NCBI GenBank assembly: GCA_907165135.1
Contig: OU015569.1
Location: 6,014,001-6,078,000 of the forward strand
From: Oikopleura dioica
Lineage: Eukaryota > Animalia > Chordata
Direction: 5' to 3'
Length of the DNA stretch: 64,000 bases
The position numbers and the translations under genes are program-made. Positions 25,089 through 35,183 of the stretch are shown here, piece after piece. Position 1 is the first letter of the stretch; every line of letters starts with the position of its first letter. The notes under the pieces were generated by a model. That model made no database searches. It worked only from the letters and a program-made list of their open reading frames with translations, and had not been told where the DNA came from.

Positions 25089-28000
25089 ATGGGTCTGCGC
25101 CGGAGTATCGGCTTCATCTCCGGCAGTGGGTTGACTATTGGTAGGCTTTTGATCCTTCATTTGTCATTTTTATGTGCATTTTAGGTGCAATGGTTGGCAG
25201 CGGGATTTTTATGTCTCCCGGAGAAGTTCTAGGGGCAGCTGGTTCTGTCGGAACGTCACTTCTAATGTGGGGCACCTGCGGACTCATCTCTTGTGCTGGG
25301 GCTCTTTGTTTCTTAGCCGAGTTTCGCTCATTCTTGACATTTCACAAAATGCATGTCTGTTTCCAACGCTAAACTCTTCCGCAGAGCTTGGTCTAATGTA
25401 TCCAGAGTCAGGGGGAGCCTATGTTTATATCAACGAGGCTCTTGGAGATCTCTTCGCATTTTTGTACGCGTGGTCGTCGATTCTCATCGTTCGCCCGGCG
25501 TCAGGTAAAATTCCAGAGTCACACTGCTCCGAATTTAAATTCTAGCTGCAATCGGTGCCGTTTCATTTGCTGACTATATGTGTGAGGTGTTTTACGAGCC
25601 AGGCTGTGCGCCGTCGCTTTTGAAGAAGCTTATTGGAATGTCTCTCATTCTCTTCCTTGGAATGGTCAACGCCAAGAGCCTGAAACTCTCAAGCCTAGTT
25701 TCTCGCGATCAACAACTTTAGTTTAGATCGTTTTTAACCTGAAAATTTGAGTGGAGCCGTCGCCACTTGGATTGAACGAGCGTATTTTATCTTCGAGATG
25801 CGCTCTCGATGAGACCAGGCGTATTTACACCAAATAAAAAGTTCGGTGTATGATTTGACTGGAATTAGGCTAGCGCGGCGTCATTCAGCGTGCGTTAATC
25901 GTATTTGGTTGGAAACAAACCCGCAGAATTAGCTTCACGAGTGAGGAATAAAAATGGGCTCCCTTTTTTGGTATTCATCCGTTAATGAATTATTTTAGTC
26001 AAGTTTATTTCTGTAATTTCGTGCGGGCACAAATTGATCCTCTTTGAACCTATAAAATCGTAAAGAGAAGAATGTCTCTCTTTTTCTATGGAGATAAGAG
26101 ATGTTAACCCTAATCACCATTGCCGGCCATCAAAGGCCACTTTCGAAGCTGGAAATGTACTCTTGAATATTCCTTCCGTTGTGTTCCTTTCAAACCCCAG
26201 TAACATAATTTTCTTGCTAACTCGAAACGGTGAAAATAAAACGAATGCAGAAACTTTTCCCAGCTGGTTGAATAATCTATCGACGGTCGGGAAGGTGTTG
26301 GCTCTCATAATTATCATTATCTGTGGAATCGTCAACCTGTTCAAGGGCTACACCGAACATTTGCAGCAAGGTTTCGAGCCAATAGAAAATGACTTCAAAA
26401 TATCTGTCGGTGAGTGTTTCCTAGTGTAAGGCGAGAACGGACTTTAATATACATTCAGGTGCACTTGCTTCAGCGTTTTACGCAGGAATGTGGAGTTTTG
26501 ATGGATGGGAGGCATTGACAAGGCTTTTACAAGAATGAAATAGCATGCACTCACCAATTGAGAATGCACACGTCAAGAAATGAAAAAAGTCATTTTCAAA
26601 AAAGCCTTCTTTAGAACTCTGTGGGGGAAGAAGTGGCTAATCCTGGAAAGACAAAGTTTTATATCCTTCATGAAAGGCCGTGTAGACAGTCGGAACAAAG
26701 TACGATGTTTAAAACTTAACAAAGAATTTTCCAAGAGTCATTTGAAACACGTTCTAAGATTCACTTTAGTTTGGAAGTTTCTTTTAGAGCCAGATTCGTA
26801 ACAAATCTAGAACAGTAAGCAGCACAGCCGTCCCTTTTGTCTCGCCACGGATATAAACGAAATGAAAAACGGTAGAAGAGCGATTTATTTATATCCGTTT
26901 TAAAGATTCTGTACGTGCTGACAAACGTAGCTTATCTTACCCTGCTTTCGCCGACCCAGGTGGTGTCTTCGGACGCACTGGCTTTTTCTTTCGCAAGTTT
27001 GGGTCGATCCAATCTTTTTAAACAAGTTATAAGAGATGTTTAACCCGTGAAAACGCAAGTACTCGTCCGAGTTTGCGCTTTTTATGGCCGCTTCCGTTGC
27101 GCTGAGCACGTTTGGAGCTGCAAATGGGCATGGGATAATATCGAGATCACTGTGTTTCTATAAAGAGAATCGCACTCTAATCTAAGGGTATACTGCTCAT
27201 GCTGGTAAGAGTTTAGGCCTTTTTGTACCTTAATTCATTCGGCTGGTGCGGCTTATCAGTTTGCGCTAATCCGATCTATTGGTCGAAATAATCGCCGCTG
27301 CGGCACACTCGTCGAGTTGCCAATAAATCCAAACCGCGGAAACGGACAAACCAAACTCTGCTGTGCTTTGTATATTGTACGAATATCAGCCCGGCGCTCA
27401 CTTCTACAATAAAATTCTACGAGTATCCCTTTCTAAAGAAATTGTCTGACTGGAGCGCGACTGACCTTAGCTGGCGCTAGAAATGGACATCTGCCGCGGA
27501 TGCTTGCTTATTTGAGCATTACTGAGCGACTGCCGATTCTCTCGGTGATTTTTAACTCAGGAGAGGCTTGTAAAACAAGAAGCCTTTTTATAAAAAGCTT
27601 TTATAGCCCGAGAAGCTCTTTCAATAATTCTCCTCATTCCAGAAAACTCGAATTTCTTAACCCTTGTAAAGTAAGTCAAGATAAGTGAAGCCAGGGCCGC
27701 TGATTACTTCGCAGACGTTAATCTTCGCTCAAAATGCAGCTGCGAACTTTTTGGTGACCGCATTTTTCAATCTCAAGTTCTTTTTAATTTACCCTGACGC
27801 GTGGACTCCTCTTGGGTTTCAAAGCAAAATTCTAGCTTTACGGGCTTCACGATCTGGATATTCTACGGAATGGCGTTCGCCGCAGTTTTGATTCTACGAT
27901 GGAAATGTCCCGATATTCGCCGCCGGTACAAAGTACCCCTGACAAAGTTTTTACAATTTAGTCCTTGAACTGCACAAATCTCGCAAAATGAGCGGCCGCT

Positions 28001-28399
28001 CCCTTGATATCGAAAAGTTAAACGTTTTCGTCGCGCATTACTAGAACATAGTGTCGATTCGAGGGCGCCGCTTTCCGGCAGAGATCTTTGAAAAACTGGG
28101 CGCCAGATACTTCCGATTCTTTGCGCTCTTGTTGCGCTTTTTATGACCATAGGAAGGGGTTTCACTGCAGTAATATTCATTAAGCAGGTGCTCTGAAACC
28201 AGTAAAGCACCGATCGTCGCCAGTCCGGAAATCGAGTATTTAGGAACGCGTTTCAAAACACCTCCTTCGATGATGCTTTTGACGAAATGCTAATTTAAAT
28301 TTTTGAATTTTCGAAAAGTTTTGAAATTCGGGAAAACCAGTGGTGTGCGGAATCATTGCTGCCGGCTTGCTAATTTACATTCCCTTACGGCTGGAATTC
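25089..28399 (+). CDS. SLC7 L-type amino-acid transporter light chain (b0,+AT/LAT-like), at least 17 introns, last exon not located
   Basis: MGLRRSIGFISGSGLTIGAMVGSGIFMSP, GALCF.ELG...SGGAY, AFYAGMWSFDGW, EEVANPGKNFPR, VALSTFGAANG..TGARL..AGARNGHLP, IWIFYG and RYKVP are all APC/LAT signature motifs. Donor dinucleotides: GT x5, GA x3, GC x1, GG x1 (tentative), CC x3, AC x3, AA x1. Confidence 0.92.
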
Positions 28400-31096
28400 G
28401 TAAGTTGCATAATTTTAAATAATTACCATCGCAAACAAACTTTTCACAATTCAGCTATTCAAATATTCACAGTATATTATAAACAATATTCGCGCAATTT
28501 AACCAGCAAAAAACAATTGTCATACTAATGAAAAATTTTTAATCCGCTAAAAAAACTTAAATTTCGAATAGAAAACGAATTTTTTGCGAAGAGAAATAAT
28601 ATCGATTATATTCTGATTCTTGGGGCTGCAAGCGCGAGAATTATTCGATTGAATTCGGTACAGTTCCCTTTTCAAGTACTACGCCCCACTACTGCTTTTT
28701 GTCGAGGCAGGTGCGCATTTCGCCAACCGCTATTAGAATTTCGGCAGTGGCGGTAATATTCGCCACCAGAAGGCGCCAAGCGTCAGCTGTTGCATCAATA
28801 AAGAGACAGCCCGAGTTTATATGCCGGCTTCGACGAGGGCTAAGTTCGCCTCATAAATTTCCGTGTTTCGAAAATTGCCGACGGTGGATTTAAACGGCAC
28901 CCTCGCGGGGATAAGGAATTTAGCCCCGCTGCCTAAATCACTCCACCAGTCACTGTAAAATCAGGCGTTTCATCGGCCCATGCTCAGGACGGCCTTGCTG
29001 CCTTTTAATTCTTATTTTTAGTCGTTTTCGCTGGGAGTACGTGCAATTAACTGGATAGAAAAGCAATTACAGGTTAGCCTACCTTTATATTTTCCAATTT
29101 TATTTTGATAAAAATACTATCACGCAGAAGAACGTTTGCCACCGAAACATATAATTTAGCTTCTGCTCGAGGTAGCACCATACGAAAAGCTAGCCAGCGA
29201 GTAAAAGAAAAAAAGAAAGCAGACTTTGAATTTTGCAAATTAACACTTCTGAATAAAGATTGCTGAGCGGTCCTAACACCGCCCGTGACAGAGTTCTTTG
29301 GTCCAGCGCTTCGAAAAGAACAGTTACAGATAATCTAATTAGCCAAATAAACAGCCAGTGCTACTTCTTTTATCAGCGAAGTTAAGCTGCCCAAAGAGAG
29401 TATCTCCGTAGATAATCTGAAATTGTGACACTCTCCTATTTCCAGAATCTATCAAAGCAGATGATCCGGCACTCGAGCGTATCAGAGGATCTTCCATCTC
29501 GAATGTTCATCCTTGGCGCGATCCGTTGCGGCGTCGCGTCACTGTGGCAAGTGAGCTGCAGTTATCTCGAGTTCTATCTTGGCGGAGCGAGAGTTCAGGG
29601 CGAACTGCGCGTGCTGACCTCGCTGCCGAATGCGATAAGACTGCCTTCTGATTTTGCGAGCGTGTGATCTGCGTTGCGCCTGTTTACGGGCGCACCCTTG
29701 TTCATCGGATTAAAACGAAACTTTGGAAGGCGGTTTTTAGTTTTTGTTTGGTAGCAAAGACAAACTAGTTTATTGTGTGATGCGCGACAAAAAATGGGCC
29801 GTCGGTAGCAGAAGTGATTTTGCGAACTATTACGTAACAAGTTACAAAAAAGATAGATTGTCGAAATAATAGATCCCAAGCAGACACAAGTCAAGAAATG
29901 ACAGAAAAAGTAATGGCAAAGCACGTGAGCCGGATTTAAACGGTTAAAGGAGGGTGGTTGATTATGGATAAGAAGAGAGTAATAATATTTATTAAGAGAT
30001 AGAAGACAGAGTGAGAGATAGAGTGATGAACGGTAGCTGGTGTTGGTCGTTGGTGGGGTTCGATCGGATTGGTGCGATAACTGGTGTTTAATGAGATAGT
30101 ATGAGTGATTACCGCAGTTGGCTTCTGCGTGCCTGAAGCCTAGGGCCGGGCGGACAGAGTGCCCGAATCCAGCCACACCTTGGGGCAAGGCACGACCTGA
30201 AATTATCACCAGAGCAGGCGGGTGCTGGACGAGTCGGGGCACGCGGCAGAAGCCAGCGTGCAGCTCGGTGCGGCTGCGTGCGCGACTCCTCCTGCACTCG
30301 CCCGCGCTGCTGTGATCCGGGCAAGGTGCATCTTTGCTAAAAATATATAAAATTGAAATATAATTCTACTATACAGTAATTTCCATTTCTGACTCGCCGC
30401 ATGTTGTCTCGCGCCACATTCACTATAGTTAATATGTAAAATATATAGAATTTAATTAATAATAATAAATCGATACTGTTAATGAATGCGAACAGCGCGA
30501 GCGTTCTAGTGTGGCGCGTCGGACATGTCGTAGTACCATAGCTCCTGTCCAATATAAATCATAGATATGTAATATGAAAAATATTGCTCGTTATTGGACA
30601 AGAATTATGCTAGTGTGTGGGCTGCGAATAATTTTTTTACAAATATCTGCGAATAACGCATTTTTGAAATAATGCGAGTACCACGCGATCGATCGCGTTA
30701 CAGCAGCAGAATTGCGTGTTTTTTGATGTAGTTATAGATTTGATCGGAAATTAAATAGGGTCGTAGGTTGGTTTCGTCCTGTGTGGTTTTAGTGTGTAGG
30801 TTTGTCTGGGTTTGTTTTGATTGGTGCGTGTGTTTTTGGTGGTAGGCTTGATATAATGGTGTGACGAGCTAATGAACGAGTTTTTTGAACAATATTTGAA
30901 CTTTTTGAAAAAAGCGAATTGATGAATAAATATCTGTAGTGTGCCTAAAGCGTAGGTTGATATATCCGGGTTAGCCTAGTGGCTAGTTGACTATAGAAAC
31001 TGGAACTGTGCGTGGGTTGTTGGTGTTGTAGGCGTCGTTTCTTCAGAGTCGATATAGCCAATCAGATTCTTCGACGGGCTAGGATTCTGGCAGGCG

Positions 31097-34000
31097 CTAA
31101 CTGCTGCGGAGCGCGCCACCGGCAATTTGTTCGAAGAGGGTTAAAGACGCTGCTTTTTGTTCCTCTGTTGGTTTCGTTAAGCCCGGAATCGACTTGTACA
31201 TCTTGTCACGCAAGAACTCGCCTAAAATATTTACGTTTGGTGATTGTTTTAGACGATGCACGTAATGTAGCGTGTTAAACATACCATAAACGGTCTCAGA
31301 CCAGGCCAAGTGTTTGCATTTGTCGGTCGGGTGTGGTCGCAGTTTTGCGCCGAGGATCCAGGGCTTCTTCTTGAATGGCTTAAAAGAAGCGGTGAGAAAG
31401 TGCTGGCGTAATTGTGGCTCACCTCGTACGCCTGGATGCATTCGGTCTCGGCGGCTTTCTGCTCAGCGCGGAAAGCTTCAAGCTCCGAATTCATCTTGTC
31501 AACGCCGAAGGCCTCCACGCGCTGCCAAAAGGTCTTGTTGAAGTAGTCGTACAGCTGGTGGTCGGCGTGGTTCCAGTCCAAGATTTTCTTAGAGAGCTCA
31601 GGGTTGACCTGAATTACTTTGTTAAATATATTCACCACCGGCGCATTCGAAATCTTTATGAAGCAGGATTAGCGCCACTGTAAGAAAGGAAAATAAAAGA
31701 AGAAACATATTTTGGGAAATTCTAGTCTGTCGCATGTCAGTCTCGCGTCCTTTCCCAGGGAGTCTTTATACCTCAGCTTTCGCCTCCTCGATTCTCATTT
31801 TGAATTTGATGTAAACAATGTCGTCCCAGTCCCAGCAAAGCAGATGCTTCATCAAAATCAGCGACTCGTCGAAGAAATCGGTAAGGAGAATGAGAGTGAA
31901 GTGCTGGTCCATCTGCTGGATCGCCTGTTGCACGTAAGCTTCGTCGTCAGCGCGGTTCACGTCGAATCTGAAATGCCGGGCTTAGAACGCAAACGTGCAG
32001 TTTAATAACGCAGACAATCTAATACTAGCTTGCAAAAAGTGGCGCTACTTTCGCGCCAAGGGCGTCCAGCTGGGCCCCGTGCACCGAGTCCTAACAGCGA
32101 GCCACAATTGTCAAAAGTGGGGATAGATAAAATGCGCGCTAAAGTATCCCGGCTTTGGCGCAATGTTTCCGCCCGCCGCAAGTTCCTTCACTCCAATTAT
32201 CACGTGAAGGTCGAACTTTTGCAGAATTATAGCGCGCCGATCAGAGCGCAGGTCGTGACCAGCGGCTTTGGGTAGAAGAAACGACTAGAAAACGGACAAA
32301 GTCGAGAATTAAAAAGAAAAACTTTGAAAGTTTCTCGTCTAAGAGCCTATTTCTGCTTGCTTTGGCGTGAACTTTTCGAAATTTTATGTTCCATTATTTA
32401 CTTCCGACGGGAGAAAGCAAGTGCAGTAGCCGCGTGACCCGGAATTAAAGTTAAGACCCAAAATAGTCCCTTCCTTGGGACCTTCTAACCGGCGCGGGTC
32501 CGTTTGTGGCGTAAATATGAAAACTGTGGTTGGCCGAACCCCGCGGGCAGGTGCTTCGCCATACGAACGGACATATTCAACTAAGTTTTTCTTGATTAAA
32601 ATACTATAAACATGTTACGGGTAGTTGCCTCTGCGCGAATATAACAACCACTCGCAGTGGAATTCAGGCTTTGTGGTCAGACGTACCCAATATCAAAGAA
32701 CATGTGATTTTTGGATCGGAAGTACCAGTCGGTGTCGCGTTTGAAGTACTTGGTCGGGTCGGCGTAGAAAGTCTTCAGTCGTTCGGTTGTATTAACATCG
32801 CCAAGCCATTCTTCAAAGGGCATTTGGTCCTGGAAAAAGCCAAACACAGACTCGACGTTATCAACGGGAGATCGAATGATTGTAACGTACCTAAAATATT
32901 ATTGTTAATTCGCTTATCGCACACTGTCGCAAAACAAATTTAGATGCCCTCCTCGCGCGCTCCAGACTATAGTAAACCAGTACTTTTTGCGGAGAAAGCG
33001 GGGAGAAAGCTTTTAGACAGCGTGGACAAATGAGACTCTTTAGAAAATCACTCTCCCGGTTTTGATACTTGGGGATTAACTGAAGCTCACGCTGGGTCAA
33101 GTTGCTCCCGCTTACCCAGCGTGCAGTTTCCACCTGGTTTAAATAGCCTATCTCTAGCTCGCTCAGTTCGAACTTGTTGTCTAGTTACTTACTTCGTGTC
33201 CAGCGGCATGAACTCGTCCAGCTTCCCCTTATTGAATCTGAAGTGATGGCCGAGAACATTGTACTGGGTGAGTTGAGGGTCGATCAGTTGCTTGTCGATG
33301 AATGCTGGGTAGCCTCCCAACTCCCATTTGCCTTCGAGAGGTAGACCGACTGTCAGATTGTGAGTATCTGAATATTTATTTTTAGAATACGGAAGAGCAA
33401 GGTGAAACGGGCGAACCGGGCGGCGGCGCCTTCTCGCGGCCGGAATCATGCGTGACATTAATTCTTACCCCGCAAGGAGACAGTTCTACCGATGTTACCG
33501 GTAGATACTGCCCTACAATTACGAGTGGGGTCAGTGTTACGACAATGTCCGCGTTTGGGGTTTTATTCAATGTACTTTTTTGTTAAATAAAACAACTCAC
33601 CGGCGAAACGCAACATGATGTTGGACATGGTGGAGGAGCCAGTCTTGTGCGTTTTCAGAAAAGCCACGTTTTTGTAAGGTCCATTTTCGCATGTTGGAAA
33701 CGTAAACTAAATCAAAAAGTTCACGAGAGTACTGACCAAACTCAATCAATAAGGTCACCTTCCTTTAGTTTCAATTCTTGTGTTTAGATACTCGCAAATA
33801 ACTCGATTCGATTAGTAATAACTTAAATCGGGGCGAGTGATTAATTAAGGGTGGAGCAGCTAATAGGCTTGAAATCGGAGAATAAGAAAGCGGGCTCCGT
33901 TATTTTCAGTGTTCACTTTTGTTTGAATCGCTTGACTCGCGGAAGTTAACGGAAATTTGATTTAAAATCAGTCTCGTTAGAGCATGTTGTAGTGAACACG

Positions 34001-34414
34001 TAACTTTTTTTAAACTAAAGATAAATTCTAAAGTGAACTCTTACGGGTGACTAAGTTCGAGAAGGTGACGAAAACAGATGGATGTAAATGTAGCTAATCG
34101 CTCTCGAATCATGTGCTAGTGGTTGCTGAAAACATAAAAATTACCGTGCTTGATGAACGTGCCAATGGGGCGGCGGGAGGTGCTTGGGCCATCATTTGTT
34201 GCATCTGTGCTTGTTGTTGGGGGACACGCATACCATTCATGGGGCGCATGCCGGCACCGTAAGGTCCATATGGACCGTAGGGCCCGATGTTTCGTACGTG
34301 GCGTGTAGGAAGCGCATCCGAAGGTTCAGGGTGGTTGATCGTCCACAAAATATAGGCGCAGAGAACGACAAGGGTCAATTTGAAGAAAGGAGGCATCTTG
34401 CGAGCTCGAAGCAT
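31097..34414 (-). CDS. Galactose-3-O-sulfotransferase (GAL3ST family), type II Golgi membrane protein
   Basis: N-terminal TM (FFKLTLVVLCAYILW). PAPS-binding motif VAFLKTHKTGSST, YVTIIRSP, NHMFFDIG, LILLTDFFDESLILMKHLLCW and WNHADHQLYDYFNKTFW. All introns are GT-AG. Confidence 0.92.
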
Positions 34415-34518
34415 CGTTACTGCTGTCGGCGGATTTCGCACTATCTACAAAAAATGTTAAAAACATTCGCTTGTCCTGAGATTCGTGTGAAATCGCGAAA
34501 AAATTCGATAGGAGTTAA

Positions 34519-35183
34519 GGGTACTACCTTCGATTTTCAAACTGGGTTTTATCTTTCATGTTGATAAAAGTGGGTATAAAAATAGATTTTGCATAAGATT
34601 GTGCCGAAGTTTAATATTGATACCTTTTTGAAATTATTGAAAATTCCCGAGATATGGTCTCACGAAGTTTTTTCGAAAAAAATTTTGGTCTTCGATTTTC
34701 TTGACTAAGGGCTTTTCTGAAAGCGTAGAGCAAGGAGATCATTTTGGTGGGCTCTTAATTACTATCAGACGTATTTTATAGATTCTAGAGGGAAAAATGT
34801 GTCGAAAACTTTAAAATGCACAATTTTCGTAAAATTTGGGAGACACAATTTTCAAAAAAATATTTTTAGTATTGATTTAGCTTCGATCCAAAAGTCCTTC
34901 TTACAGATTGAAATTATAGCTCTATTGTGCAATTAAAAAATTAAAGAAAATCATGTTTTCAGACTAAATTCCGAGCTATTCGACCGTGAATACAGTCAAT
35001 TTTAGCAAAGTTGACCACTTTAACCTAAAATTTAGCCAGTTTTTCGTCGAACAATTTAAAAACTCTTCTGACAGATTAAAGATCTAAGATAGATCTACAA
35101 AGGAAGCCCATATGATTCCCCCTATCATTGACATTTTCTGGGTTATCCAACAATAAAGTTGCGGAAATCGAAGGTAGTATCCC
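34519..35183. mobile_element. Non-autonomous DNA transposon (MITE), about 665 bp
   Basis: TIRs GGGTACTACCTTCGATTT (34519-) and AAATCGAAGGTAGTATCCC (-35183), with one indel. TAA flanks both sides (34516-18 and 35184-86; TTAA on the left). The interior is AT-rich and non-coding. Confidence 0.75.

Noticed and set aside
27187-27204. Apparent mini-exon GILLML in the SLC7 gene
   Set aside because: A GC-AG intron 27128-27438 gives AANGNCLTGARL, which matches the family without gaps, so the mini-exon is unnecessary.
29595-30242. 215-aa minus-strand ORF
   Set aside because: The composition reflects UTR-like low-complexity sequence. It has no motifs and starts at GTG.
30972-30982. TAGCCTAGTGG, a perfect Pol III A-box (tRNA or vault RNA candidate)
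   Set aside because: There is no B-box (GTTCRA) at a suitable distance, no cloverleaf, and no terminal stem or T-run. It lies in the GAL3ST 3-prime region.
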